Part shown: positions 27,570-37,380 of the stretch, piece by piece
Layout: every line of letters begins with the position of its first letter
Position numbering within the stretch: position 1 is the first letter of the stretch
DNA from: Bacilli bacterium
GTDB lineage: Bacteria > Bacillota_I > Bacilli_A > RFN20 > CAG-826
Direction: 5' to 3'
NCBI GenBank assembly: GCA_044372565.1
Contig: JBILRP010000004.1
Span: forward strand, 5,028-69,027
DNA: 64,000 nt
The notes under the pieces: generated by a model
The model's input: only the letters and a program-made list of their open reading frames with translations
What the model was told of the DNA's origin: nothing
Database searches by the model: none
Position numbers and translations under genes: made by a program

Positions 27570-28309
27570 AGTTTACCAAACCTACGTTGGCGTTCTTGAT
27601 AGGTTTCTATCACCTGTTGCAAATCTGCAGCCTTAAAGTCAGGCCATGATTTGGTGACAAAGACTAACTCGGCATAAGCAATTTGATAAAGCAAAAAATT
27701 TGAAATACGTTGTTCACCTGAAGTTCTCACCAAGCAATCCACCGGTGGTAGAATCGCGGTATCCAAAAATTGATGAAAGGTCATCGGGGTGATGTCTTCT
27801 ATTTTGATGAGGCCATTTTGAACTGCCTTGATGGCCTTTTGAGTGGCCCGAACAATTTCATCTTGGCCGCCATAGTTAACACAAATGTTTAAGGTATATC
27901 GCTGATAAGATTTGGTGTCTTCCATTGCTTTCAGAAGTAACTTTTGCGTTGGTTGAGGTAACCCTTCCATTCGACCGGAAATCACCAAACGAACTTGATC
28001 ATCATGCAATGTTTTTAGATATTTACTCACAAATTCATTGAGTAATTGAAACAACCCTTTGACTTCGAGTTCTGGTCTTGACCAATTTTCAGTGGAAAAA
28101 GCAAACAAGGTTAAATAAGGGATGTTCATCGATTTTGCTTCTTTGGCAATCTCGAGAACCCTTTTTGCCCCTTCTTCATGTCCTTTTAACCGAGGTAACC
28201 CCTTGGCTTTTGCCCAACGACCATTGCCATCCATGATGATCGCAAGATGGTTTAAAGGAGGCTGATGTGTTTCTTTTTCCTTTAATTTTTGCATATCTAA
28301 ATTATACAA
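27566..28309 (-). CDS. uppS: Isoprenyl transferase (undecaprenyl-diphosphate synthase)
   Basis: IIMDGNGRWA, FAFSTENWSRP and RTSGEQRISNFLLYQ motifs. Confidence 0.95.
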   Translation of the reverse strand: MYNLDMQKLKEKETHQPPLNHLAIIMDGNGRWAKAKGLPRLKGHEEGAKRVLEIAKEAKSMNIPYLTLFAFSTENWSRPELEVKGLFQLLNEFVSKYLKTLHDDQVRLVISGRMEGLPQPTQKLLLKAMEDTKSYQRYTLNICVNYGGQDEIVRATQKAIKAVQNGLIKIEDITPMTFHQFLDTAILPPVDCLVRTSGEQRISNFLLYQIAYAELVFVTKSWPDFKAADLQQVIETYQERQRRFGKL

Positions 28310-28340
28310 CTTCCCCCAAGTCTATTTTCAACTCATTTTA

Positions 28341-28883
28341 CTATAACGTAAGGATTTCTTTTTCTTTTACTAAATAGGAGGCATCGATTTGGGCGATGAT
28401 TTGATCATGAACTTTGGTCATGTCTGCTTCAATACGTTTTCTTAAATCTTGTGTGTATTCTTCATCGGTGACCATCGCGAGGAAATCTTTGCGAACATTA
28501 CGAATGGCAACTTTAGATTCTTCCGCCATTTTTTTGGCTTGTTTTGCTAGATCTTTGCGGCGATCTTCGGTCAGTGCTGGCAATTGTAATCTCACCACAT
28601 CCGCTTCGGCAATAGGATTGATGCCTAATTCAGCTTTGTTGATGGCTTCAACAATCGCTTTAATATCTGATTTGTCATATGGTTTGATGAGCAATTGTCT
28701 TGGTTCAGGTACGGCAATGCTGGCAATTTGATTGATCGCCGTGGGTTCTCCATAATAATCCACCATCACCCGGTCTAGTAAGGAGGCATTGGCCCGACCG
28801 GTTCTTAAGGTGTTGAATTGAGCAAGGAGGGCAGCAATTGTTTTTTCCATCGCAGTTTTGGCTTCTAAGGCAATCGCTTCCAT
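28341..28883 (-). CDS. frr: Ribosome recycling factor
   Basis: Full-length RRF similarity (LRTGRANASLLD...IKPYD...NPI...LPALTEDRR). Confidence 0.95.
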   Translation of the reverse strand: MEAIALEAKTAMEKTIAALLAQFNTLRTGRANASLLDRVMVDYYGEPTAINQIASIAVPEPRQLLIKPYDKSDIKAIVEAINKAELGINPIAEADVVRLQLPALTEDRRKDLAKQAKKMAEESKVAIRNVRKDFLAMVTDEEYTQDLRKRIEADMTKVHDQIIAQIDASYLVKEKEILTL

Positions 28884-29600
28884 TTACTTGGCTCCTTTTT
28901 GAATCGTGGTTCCAATGGATTGGTCTTTAATCACTTGAAGAAGATTCTTGGTGTCCTTCATGTCAAAAACGCGAATGACAATTGGGGAATCTTTGATCAG
29001 GGATACGGCGGTTAAATCCATCACGGCTAACTTTTTATTGAGCATTTCATCAAAGGTTAAATGTTTAATTAGTTTTGCATTCGCATTGACTTTTGGATCG
29101 CTATCATACACTCCGGAAACCCCGTTTTTAGCCATAAAGATTGTGTCCGCGTGAATTTCCATAGCGCGTAGTGACGCCGTAGTATCGGTGGAAAAATAAG
29201 GACTTCCTGTCCCCCCTGCAAAGATCACCACCCGACCTTTTTCTAAGTGACGAATCGCCCGGCGACGAATATAGTTTTCCGCGACTTGTTCAACATGAAT
29301 AGAGGATAACACACGGCATTGAACGCCTTCATTTTCTAAAGCACTTTGTAAGGCTAAAGAATTGATGATGGTGCCTAACATGCCCATGTAATCAGCAGTG
29401 GACGATTCGATGCCAATCGATTTGGCTAATTTTCCACGCCAAATATTGCCAGCCCCAATGACCACAGCGACTTCAAGGCCTTCGCCTTGGATCGTCTTGA
29501 TGGCCTTGGCAACGGTGGACAAATGAGTAGCCTCAAGAATAGTTTTTTCTTGCGTGTTTGCTAACGCTTCCCCAGATAACTTGATGACGATTCGTTTCAT
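28884..29600 (-). CDS. pyrH: UMP kinase
   Basis: KRIVIKLSGEAL N-terminus, GGGNIWRG-like VIGAGNIWRG, FAGGTGSPYFSTDT. The start is probably the second Met (MKRIV) of the 28884..29612 ORF. Confidence 0.93.
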   Translation of the reverse strand: MKRIVIKLSGEALANTQEKTILEATHLSTVAKAIKTIQGEGLEVAVVIGAGNIWRGKLAKSIGIESSTADYMGMLGTIINSLALQSALENEGVQCRVLSSIHVEQVAENYIRRRAIRHLEKGRVVIFAGGTGSPYFSTDTTASLRAMEIHADTIFMAKNGVSGVYDSDPKVNANAKLIKHLTFDEMLNKKLAVMDLTAVSLIKDSPIVIRVFDMKDTKNLLQVIKDQSIGTTIQKGAK

Positions 29601-29620
29601 GTTTCCCTCCATGGTTTATC

Positions 29621-29651
29621 AAAAAAAAAACACTCTTAATGAGTGTTTTTA
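29621..29651 (-). terminator. Intrinsic terminator between tsf and pyrH, overlapping the tsf stop codon
   Basis: Minus strand reads aaaaacactc-attaa-gagtgttttt followed by about a T10 run. Confidence 0.65.
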
Positions 29652-30514
29652 ACTTGTGACATGACTTCACTTGCGAAATCAACAATCTTCTTTTCAATCC
29701 CTTCGCCAACTTTATAACGGGCGAATTGAATGGCTTTCATTTTGTTTTTATCTAAGAAGACTTTGGTGAGTTCTTCTGTTTCTGAAAACATAAACGGTTG
29801 CATATCTAAAGAAGATTCTTTAAACATGGTGTTCACTTTACCTTCAACAATTTTACTTAAAATTGCTTCTGGTTTGTTGGCGTACTTAGGATCTTGCTTC
29901 ACTAGATTCTTTTGCTTTGATGTTTCTTCTTGAATCATCGAAGCAGAAACCGACGCAAAGCTTGGATAAAGTGGATTGCGGTCCGTGATGTGCATGGCGA
30001 GTTGATCGGCTAAGGTAATATTCCCACCTTCAACAAGCACTAAACTAGACACTGCACCATTCATATGAACATAGTGACCAAAGACTTGATTGGGTTGTTT
30101 TTTGATGAGGGTAAAACGACGTAGCGTTAACTTTTCCCCGATTTTGACGGTTGCTTCGGTATAAAGCTTTTGTGTTAAAGCAATCGCTGCGTCTAAGGTT
30201 GCTGGTTTGGAGGTCAACAACATGGCCGCTGTATCGTTGATAAGTTTACGAAAAGCATCACCGCGAGAGACGAAGTCTGTTTCACAGTTCACTTCAAGAA
30301 TTAAGGCAAGTTGAGGTTGAAGGTAAACTAGAGATAAACCTTCAGCAGCAATGCGGTCAGCTTTCTTAGCCGCTTTGAGAACACCTTTTTCATGAAGCCA
30401 TTTGGTGGCCTTTTCAACATCCATGTTGGATTCAAGGAGTGCTTTTTTGCAATCCATCATCCCAGCACCAGTGCGTTCTCTAAGTTCTTTAATCAGAGCA
30501 ATGATGTCCGCCAT
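29636..30514 (-). CDS. tsf: Elongation factor Ts
   Basis: UBA-like N-terminus IKELRERTGAGMMDCKKAL, followed by the EF-Ts dimerisation core. Confidence 0.95.
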   Translation of the reverse strand: MADIIALIKELRERTGAGMMDCKKALLESNMDVEKATKWLHEKGVLKAAKKADRIAAEGLSLVYLQPQLALILEVNCETDFVSRGDAFRKLINDTAAMLLTSKPATLDAAIALTQKLYTEATVKIGEKLTLRRFTLIKKQPNQVFGHYVHMNGAVSSLVLVEGGNITLADQLAMHITDRNPLYPSFASVSASMIQEETSKQKNLVKQDPKYANKPEAILSKIVEGKVNTMFKESSLDMQPFMFSETEELTKVFLDKNKMKAIQFARYKVGEGIEKKIVDFASEVMSQVKNTH

Positions 30515-30516
30515 GT

Positions 30517-31638
30517 TTATTCTTCCTTCGCTTCAATCTTTGGTTTGCGTGGCGCTCTTGGTTTTTTTTCAACCGTTGGTTCAGCTGCTACAACAGGTGC
30601 AGTTTTCACTGGGACTGGTTGGGCAACCACAGGGGCTGCTGCTGGGGTAGGCGTGACGCTAACAGGTTGAGCGGTTGGCGTTGAACTTGGCGTTGACGTT
30701 GAAGTTGAGTAGCTGCGTGATTGATAAGAGGAACTCGACCCATGAGAACTATGGGAACGATAGTCAGACCGTGGTCCATAACTACGATCTTGAGGTTTGG
30801 TTGCTTCTTTTAAAGCAGCAATCTTGGCAATAAATTCATCATCCTTGGTGTAAGCGACCACGGTGACGCCACCTTTGGCTTCCACAATCGCATCCGCAAT
30901 GGTTTGAACGATTAATCGAACTGAACCAATCGCGTCGTCGTTGCCAGGAATTGGATAATCCACTAAATCAGGATCACAGTTAGTATCAGTGATCGCAAAT
31001 ACTGGAATGTTTAACTTCCGAGCTTCCGCGACCGCGTTATGATCAATGGTAGGATCGACGACAAAGACTGCTTTTGGTAAACCACGAATTTCTTTAATTC
31101 CTTCAAGGTTCTTTAAAAGTTTATCTTTAATCTTACGTAATCCGTTGGCCTCTTTCTTGGCTAATAAATCCAAGGTGCCATTGGCTTCTTGTTGTTCTAA
31201 ATCTTTTAAGTAACGAATCCGACCTAAAATGGTCCGGAAGTTCGTTAACGTTCCACCTAACCAACGCGTATTAATATAGAAGGATCCGGAACGGAGTGCT
31301 TCTTCTTTAATCACGGATTGGATTTGCTTTTTGGTACCGACAAATAAAACGGTGCCTTTGTTGGTGATGATTTCTTTTAATTTAACGTAGGCTTCTTCAA
31401 TTTTGGTGACGGTCTTTTTTAAGTCAACGATGTAAATCCCACGGTCGGAAGTATAAATAAACTTCGCCATTTTTGGATTCCACTTCCGCATTTGATGTCC
31501 GTATTGGACCCCAGCTGCAGCGAGCTTTTTCATCGAAATAATCGGTTCTGTAGAGGATCGAACGACTTCTTGCATCGCGTCTTTTGTTTCAGCAATGACT
31601 GCTGCAGGTAAAACGCCTTCCTTTTTTTGTTCACTCAT
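30517..31638 (-). CDS. rpsB: 30S ribosomal protein S2 with N- and C-terminal extensions
   Basis: Core ISMKKLAAAGVQYGHQMRKWNPKM...VVDPTIDHNAVAEARKLNIPVFAITDTNCDP. About 33 extra N-terminal residues and about 100 low-complexity S/T/P/A/V-rich C-terminal residues. Confidence 0.93.
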   Translation of the reverse strand: MSEQKKEGVLPAAVIAETKDAMQEVVRSSTEPIISMKKLAAAGVQYGHQMRKWNPKMAKFIYTSDRGIYIVDLKKTVTKIEEAYVKLKEIITNKGTVLFVGTKKQIQSVIKEEALRSGSFYINTRWLGGTLTNFRTILGRIRYLKDLEQQEANGTLDLLAKKEANGLRKIKDKLLKNLEGIKEIRGLPKAVFVVDPTIDHNAVAEARKLNIPVFAITDTNCDPDLVDYPIPGNDDAIGSVRLIVQTIADAIVEAKGGVTVVAYTKDDEFIAKIAALKEATKPQDRSYGPRSDYRSHSSHGSSSSYQSRSYSTSTSTPSSTPTAQPVSVTPTPAAAPVVAQPVPVKTAPVVAAEPTVEKKPRAPRKPKIEAKEE

Positions 31639-31756
31639 GGGTGAAACCTCCTATTTGTTGTGCCTCCATCACTTCTGACAACCGCCCTAACCGTGGTTAG
31701 ACATGGTAGTTGAATTCATGATGTGTGTTGTCTCTAACTTTCGCTAGAGCAGGGTA

Positions 31757-31784
31757 ATTTTAGCACAAATGGTAACAATATCAA
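31757..31784 (-). promoter_or_regulatory. Candidate sigma-A promoter for rpsB-tsf (extended -10)
   Basis: Minus strand reads TTGATA-N16-(TGc)TAAAAT directly after the xerC stop, leaving a ~110-nt leader. Confidence 0.55.
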
Positions 31785-31791
31785 ATGAATT

Positions 31792-32703
31792 TTACTTCTT
31801 TTTATAGGCACGTGGATGGGCCAAGCGATATTCCTTTTGTAAGGCTTCTCGGCTGACATGCGTGTAGATTTGGGTTGTGTTGATCGTGGCATGGCCCAAA
31901 AGCTCTTGAATGGTCCTTAAATCCGCCCCATTATCCAGCAATTGCGTGGCAAACGTATGTCTTAACTGATGGGGATGCATATGAAGGTCAACCCCTGACC
32001 GCCTTGATAATTGGGCAAGGATATACTCTAACCCTCTGACCGTTAACGATTTGCCTACATGATTTAAGAACACATGAGAAGTTAACTGCTCAGAGGAAAG
32101 ACCTTGGATTAAGACAGGACGAACATCCTTGAGGTATAAACTGATGCTTTGTTGGCAAGGTTTGGTGATGGGGACAAGTCTTTGTTTATTGCCTTTGCCA
32201 AGCACGCGCAACATCCGTTGCCCTAGATTGACATCTTGCATGGTTAAGCCAACGACTTCACTGGCGCGTAGTCCAGACCCATACATCAATTCAACCAAGG
32301 CCAAATCTCTCATCATCAAGATGGAGGCTTGATCAAAAGGTTGATTCAAGACTTGGTGGATGTGCGGTTCATCAATCGTTTTCGGTAAAGGTTTACTTAC
32401 CTTAGGAGAGTGAATCAAGGCAAAGGGGTTGATCGATAAGACCCCGGCATCAATATAAAATTGATAAAAATGTTTTAAGGTTGCGATGCGACGTTTTAAG
32501 GTGATGGGTTTTAAACCATCTTGCAGTTGCGACGCCAAAAAAGCCCGAGCCTCCAACACATGGATGCGATCAAAGAGAGTGGATTGGTCATGAAGATAGC
32601 GAAAGAAAATGATTAAATCATGTTCATAAGACGCCACGGTTTGAGAAGAAAATTTCCTTGTGTGTGTTAAGTAATCTAAAAAATCTTGAATCGGTTTATT
32701 CAC
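31792..32703 (-). CDS. xerC: Tyrosine recombinase XerC (CodV position)
   Basis: SAM-like N-domain; catalytic R...HxxR...Y (GLRASE, LRHTFATQLL, LGHATINTTQIYTHV). Conserved position after topA. Confidence 0.85.
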   Translation of the reverse strand: MNKPIQDFLDYLTHTRKFSSQTVASYEHDLIIFFRYLHDQSTLFDRIHVLEARAFLASQLQDGLKPITLKRRIATLKHFYQFYIDAGVLSINPFALIHSPKVSKPLPKTIDEPHIHQVLNQPFDQASILMMRDLALVELMYGSGLRASEVVGLTMQDVNLGQRMLRVLGKGNKQRLVPITKPCQQSISLYLKDVRPVLIQGLSSEQLTSHVFLNHVGKSLTVRGLEYILAQLSRRSGVDLHMHPHQLRHTFATQLLDNGADLRTIQELLGHATINTTQIYTHVSREALQKEYRLAHPRAYKKK

Positions 32704-32721
32704 AACTACATTATAAAGCGA

Positions 32722-34956
32722 TTATGCTTTTTTGGTTTTTTTAGCTTTTGGCGTTTTCGCTACTTGATCTGTTTTCGCAGCTTTTTCTGGTTTCGCTGCT
32801 TTGGCGGATTTTGCGGATTTTTTAACTGGACGTTCTTTCAGGACAATCACCGTGCCATCGATATTTTCTAAATGTCGGCAGCTAGGAAATCCTGAGCAAC
32901 CCACAAATGGACGTCCACCTCGTTTGGCAAAACGCTTGATGAGTGGTTTGCCGCATAATGGGCAGTCTTTACCGATCGGTTCTGCAACTGTTTTTTTCGA
33001 TTGGAATACACCTTTGCCATTGCCATCTTCTTGATCTTCACCTTCAGAAGGATTTTCTTTAATCCATGGTAAAGGCACATCACTAGAAACAAATTTACAG
33101 GTTGGGTATTTGTTGCATCCTAAGAAGACACCAAAGCGAGAACGACGAGGAACAATGGTTCCAACTTTGCAAGTTGGGCATGACCCATAAAAATGCAAAG
33201 CAGGATCATCACTTGGTAAATCTCCGGCTAATTCATATTGGGCTTTGAAGTGCGTATAAAAATCATTTAATAAATCTAGACGTGTGACTTCCCCATCTTT
33301 GACTTCATCTAACTTGAGTTCCATGTCCGAAGTATAGGTTGGGTTAATTAAGTATTGGAAATAGGTCATTAAATATTTCATCGCCGCATGCGCTTCCGGA
33401 TTTGGATAAAGCGTGTGACTCTTGACACTGACATAATGATGATCTTTTAAACGGGCAATGGTGGCAGCATAGGTCGACGGACGACCGATGCCTCGATATT
33501 CCATTTCTTGAATCAGTTTTGCTTCCGAGAATCGTGAAGGTCCTGAGGTGGCATGTGGTTTGAGTTCTTTAAACACCAAGGGAAAACTTTGACCTTTGAA
33601 TAATTGAGGTAATTGGCTTCCTTCATCGTCTTCAACCACTGGATAGGCTTTGGTATACCCTTCAAAGGTGACTACCGACCCTTGGGCTCTAAAGGTAAAA
33701 TCTCCACCTTTAAACGTGTAGGTGGTGACATCATATTTCTTTGGGGTCATCAGCGATGCCAGTGCGCGTGAATAAATCAAACGATATAACTTTAATTGAT
33801 CGGTGGTTAAATAAGCCGCCATCATTTCTGGGGTTCTGGTGATGCTGGTGGGGCGAATCGCTTCGTGAGCATCTTGGCTTTGAAGAATCGCCGTCTTGGA
33901 TTTAGGCTTATCTGATAAATAGTCTTGGCCATAGGTGGTTTGAATAAACGATGACGCTTCGGCAATAAACGTATCGGATAAGCGATCCGAGTCCGTACGA
34001 ATATACGTGATTAAACCAACGTTTTCATCCCCAATGGTCACCCCTTCATAAAGGCCTTGGGCGACGGATTGTGTACGTTGAGGCGAAAATCTTAAATCCT
34101 TATGGCTGCTTGCTTCTTGTTGTAAGGTGGAGGTTCGGAAAGCGGCTTTGGATTCTTTCTTTTTAGAGGTGATCAATACTTCTTGTAAGGTTAACGCTTG
34201 AGGAAGTTTATCGATAAACGATTGAGCAATTGCTTCGGTAGAGATAGGAATGATTTTACGGTAACCGCTAGGATCGGTTTTATCATCGGTGTTTTTTAAC
34301 ACTTGTTGTTGAAAGGCTACCAGTTCTAAAGGTAAAGGTAGTTTTGGGGTGGTGAGTTCAGTTTCAATCGTGAAATACGTTTGGGGATGAAAGGCAAGCA
34401 CTTCCATTTCTCGTTCAATCACAAATCGAAGGGCAACGGATTGGACGCGACCACCGGCAGGGGCATAGACTTTTTTATTAAGAATTTTCGAAAGCATAAA
34501 ACCAACAATACGGTCTAAGATACGGCGAGCTTCTTGGGACATGACCATGTCCATATTGATTTTGCGTGGCTTACTCAAAGCATCAATAATTTTTTCTTTG
34601 GTGATTTCATAAAATTCAATACGATCAGTTGTTGCAACATCTAATTTTAATGCATCCGCCAAGTGCCAAGCAATCGATTCACCTTCGCGGTCAGGATCGG
34701 TGGCAAGGATAACTTTATCAACTTTTTTCACTTCTTTTTCTAATTCTTTAACGATGTCTTCTTTGCCCTTAATAATCCGGTAAGTAGGTTTAAAACCATT
34801 GTCGATATCAACACCAAAACCACCAATGCCAGAAATCTTAAGATCGCGAATATGACCCTTACTTGATGCAATCGTGTAATGGTTGTCTTGATCCTTTAAG
34901 TACTTGGCGAAACTCGTTTGTTTCGTCGGCGATTCAACAATTAATAATATGTTCAT
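32722..34956 (-). CDS. topA: DNA topoisomerase I
   Basis: Toprim N-terminus ILLIVESPTKQ, DPDREGE, active-site region YIRTDS, three C4 zinc ribbons, Lys/Ala-rich C-terminal tail. Confidence 0.97.
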   Translation of the reverse strand: MNILLIVESPTKQTSFAKYLKDQDNHYTIASSKGHIRDLKISGIGGFGVDIDNGFKPTYRIIKGKEDIVKELEKEVKKVDKVILATDPDREGESIAWHLADALKLDVATTDRIEFYEITKEKIIDALSKPRKINMDMVMSQEARRILDRIVGFMLSKILNKKVYAPAGGRVQSVALRFVIEREMEVLAFHPQTYFTIETELTTPKLPLPLELVAFQQQVLKNTDDKTDPSGYRKIIPISTEAIAQSFIDKLPQALTLQEVLITSKKKESKAAFRTSTLQQEASSHKDLRFSPQRTQSVAQGLYEGVTIGDENVGLITYIRTDSDRLSDTFIAEASSFIQTTYGQDYLSDKPKSKTAILQSQDAHEAIRPTSITRTPEMMAAYLTTDQLKLYRLIYSRALASLMTPKKYDVTTYTFKGGDFTFRAQGSVVTFEGYTKAYPVVEDDEGSQLPQLFKGQSFPLVFKELKPHATSGPSRFSEAKLIQEMEYRGIGRPSTYAATIARLKDHHYVSVKSHTLYPNPEAHAAMKYLMTYFQYLINPTYTSDMELKLDEVKDGEVTRLDLLNDFYTHFKAQYELAGDLPSDDPALHFYGSCPTCKVGTIVPRRSRFGVFLGCNKYPTCKFVSSDVPLPWIKENPSEGEDQEDGNGKGVFQSKKTVAEPIGKDCPLCGKPLIKRFAKRGGRPFVGCSGFPSCRHLENIDGTVIVLKERPVKKSAKSAKAAKPEKAAKTDQVAKTPKAKKTKKA

Positions 34957-34977
34957 GGATACTCCTAAACCATAGTC

Positions 34978-35005
34978 ATTATCTTATGAAATCAAAAATT
35001 GTCAA
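34978..35005 (-). promoter_or_regulatory. Candidate sigma-A promoter for topA
   Basis: Minus strand reads TTGACA-N16-GATAAT; SD taggag precedes the ATG. Confidence 0.55.
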
Positions 35006-35044
35006 TCCAAAATATTTTTAATTTTGATTTTCTTAAGAAACTTT

Positions 35045-35878
35045 TTAGATAAATTTTTTCTCAGGCTCGGGTTGTTTTCTTAAGGCATTTTCTTTTTCTT
35101 GACTGCCTAATAAGTGCTCTAAAATATCTTGACCACTTTCCACGAGTACCGCCCCATCTTTGATCAGTTGATTGGTCGAATTATCAGTATTGGCTTGATG
35201 CGGTAACACATACACATCCTTGCCTAAATACAATGCATAGCCGACCGTGATCAAGGTCCCACTTCTTTTTTTCGCTTCCGCGACAAAGACGCCTCTAGCT
35301 AATCCGGCGATCAACCGGTTTCGCCAAGGGAAATGATCTTTGTTCGCCGGGGTTGATCCAGGATATTCACTCAACAACAAATGGTTGGTTTTCATTTGTT
35401 GATACGTTGCTAGATGTTCCCGGGGATAACAAACATCAATCCCTGATCCAAGAATGCCGATGGTCCGACCTTGGTGTTCAAGCGTGGTTTGGTGGGCTTT
35501 GATATCCACCCCATAGGCTAAACCCGAGACAATCATCATTCCTTCTTCAATTAAGGATTGGGTGATTTTACCGGTCATCTCTAATCCATACGCTGAAGGT
35601 TGCCTACTGCCAATGACGGCAATGGTTTTCTCTACCATATGGGCAAGACCGATATCCCCATAATAAAAAAGAACAAAGGGGGGTTTATAAATTTTCTTTA
35701 ACGCCTCTGGATATTGTTCATCAATGATGGTGATCACTGAACTCTTGATCCCTTGGATGGTTTGTCCTACCAAGGTGTCATCCACGATTTCCTTTTGTTT
35801 GATCGCCTGATAAATCGCATTCCATTCGCCTTGATACTTGACGGCCAAATAAATAATGATGTCTCTACCTTTAAGCAT
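35045..35878 (-). CDS. dprA: DNA-processing protein DprA (Smf)
   Basis: Rossmann-like DprA core (AVIGSRQPSAYG...IVSGLAYGVDIKAH...GSGIDVCYP). ATG 35878 has SD AGAGGA 6 nt upstream. The ORF-track TTG at 35899 lacks one. Confidence 0.88.
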   Translation of the reverse strand: MLKGRDIIIYLAVKYQGEWNAIYQAIKQKEIVDDTLVGQTIQGIKSSVITIIDEQYPEALKKIYKPPFVLFYYGDIGLAHMVEKTIAVIGSRQPSAYGLEMTGKITQSLIEEGMMIVSGLAYGVDIKAHQTTLEHQGRTIGILGSGIDVCYPREHLATYQQMKTNHLLLSEYPGSTPANKDHFPWRNRLIAGLARGVFVAEAKKRSGTLITVGYALYLGKDVYVLPHQANTDNSTNQLIKDGAVLVESGQDILEHLLGSQEKENALRKQPEPEKKFI

Positions 35879-35918
35879 ACGTGATCCTCTATGTATCAAT
35901 AGAGAGGAAAGGAAGAGA

Positions 35919-36545
35919 TTATCTTATGGGTTTAACGTTGGCATGAATCATCGCCTTGACTGGCGCAAAGGTGGGACGATGAATCCCTTGAATGGGACCA
36001 TGACGTTTCAATAACGATAAATGTTGAGGAGTAGGATAGCCTTTATGAACATCAAATTGAAAATGAGGATACGTCTTGGCCATCTCGACCATCAGTCGGT
36101 CTCGGGTTACTTTAGCAAGAATACTGCTCGCGGCAATCGTTTGTGACAAGGCATCCCCATGAATCAAAGGGAAGACAGGAACCTTTTGCTTCGGTAATGC
36201 CATGGCATCGGATAGCACCACATCATACCGGTGTTTTAATTTTTCTAAGCTTAACTGCATGCCTAATCGTGACGCTTCAAGGATATTGATCCTCGTGATG
36301 GTGTCCACATCGACCACGGTAATCGCAAACGCCAAGGCTTTCTCTTGGATTAAGACAAATAGCGCCTCGCGTTGCAAGGCGGTTAACTGTTTAGAATCAT
36401 CAATGCGTGGATCAGCAAAGTCTTTGGGTAAAATCACCGCCGCCGCAACCACTGGACCCGCGATTGGACCTCGACCCGCTTCATCACATCCGGCAATCAG
36501 CGAATAACCTTGTTGGTAATAAGTTTTATCCAGATTGTTTTTCAT
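35919..36545 (-). CDS. rnhB: Ribonuclease HII
   Basis: GCDEAGRGP active-site motif; conserved position after rbgA. Confidence 0.93.
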   Translation of the reverse strand: MKNNLDKTYYQQGYSLIAGCDEAGRGPIAGPVVAAAVILPKDFADPRIDDSKQLTALQREALFVLIQEKALAFAITVVDVDTITRINILEASRLGMQLSLEKLKHRYDVVLSDAMALPKQKVPVFPLIHGDALSQTIAASSILAKVTRDRLMVEMAKTYPHFQFDVHKGYPTPQHLSLLKRHGPIQGIHRPTFAPVKAMIHANVKPIR

Positions 36546-37380
36546 TCGTTAACATACTTAATGAAAAGCGACCAAGTTCACCATCTTGAAACGATTTAAT
36601 AAACGTCATGAACACAAGAGAGTAATCGACGACCCCTTGTTTAATCCATCCGCGTTTTCGGGCTAATTGATCAAAAAAAGTTTTTGAATCCATCGGTAAA
36701 TCACCGTGAATGGTCGCCAGTTGATTCGGGTAATGGAGTTTTAACCAAGAAAATAAATGCTCCGCTAAATCTTCGATGGGTAATTGTTTTAACGGCATCG
36801 ACCCTATCAATGATAATTGAACAGACGTTTCTTTGGATTGAAAACGTGGAGGTAAAATGCCTGGAGTATCGAGCAACATCAAATGCTCATCTAACTTAAT
36901 CCATTGTTGCCCACGAGTTGATCCTGGACGATTTTCTGTGGCAACCCGATGTTGTTTCGCTAGTAAATTAATTAAGGTGGACTTCCCCACATTAGGCACA
37001 CCCGTGATCATGACTTTTAACGGTTGGCGTTTGAATCCTTTTTTAACTTGCTTTAACCACAAAGGTTCTCCCAGTTGGTGGAGGGCTTTTAAAATTAAAG
37101 CGCGAGTTCCAGATACTTTGCCTAAACTCACCACGACGGACTTTTGCTGAGAGGTTAATTGTTTCACCCATTGATGGGTTGTATTGGGATCGGCAAGATC
37201 GCTTTTGGTGATGACGTAGAGCATTGGTTTTTGGGTGACCAAAGGTAAATCCATGCAAGGATACACTGCACGGGCATCGACAAGAACGACAATCAAATCA
37301 ATCCATGTTATTTTTTCATGAATGGCTTTGATCGCCTTGTTCATGTGGCCAGGATACCAATGGTTTTGTTTTTGGTTCAT
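36526..37380 (-). CDS. rbgA: Ribosome biogenesis GTPase A (YlqF)
   Basis: Circularly permuted GTPase motif order: ITKSDL (G4), GVPNVGKST (G1), DTPGI (G3). Confidence 0.92.
   Translation of the reverse strand: MNQKQNHWYPGHMNKAIKAIHEKITWIDLIVVLVDARAVYPCMDLPLVTQKPMLYVITKSDLADPNTTHQWVKQLTSQQKSVVVSLGKVSGTRALILKALHQLGEPLWLKQVKKGFKRQPLKVMITGVPNVGKSTLINLLAKQHRVATENRPGSTRGQQWIKLDEHLMLLDTPGILPPRFQSKETSVQLSLIGSMPLKQLPIEDLAEHLFSWLKLHYPNQLATIHGDLPMDSKTFFDQLARKRGWIKQGVVDYSLVFMTFIKSFQDGELGRFSLSMLTNEKQSG

Noticed and set aside
31792-32703. Tyrosine recombinase as a possible integrase marking a mobile element
   Set aside because: It sits in the conserved topA-codV(xerC) position and has a XerC/D-like length and motifs. 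There are no flanking repeats, att-like tRNA duplication or phage/ICE genes.
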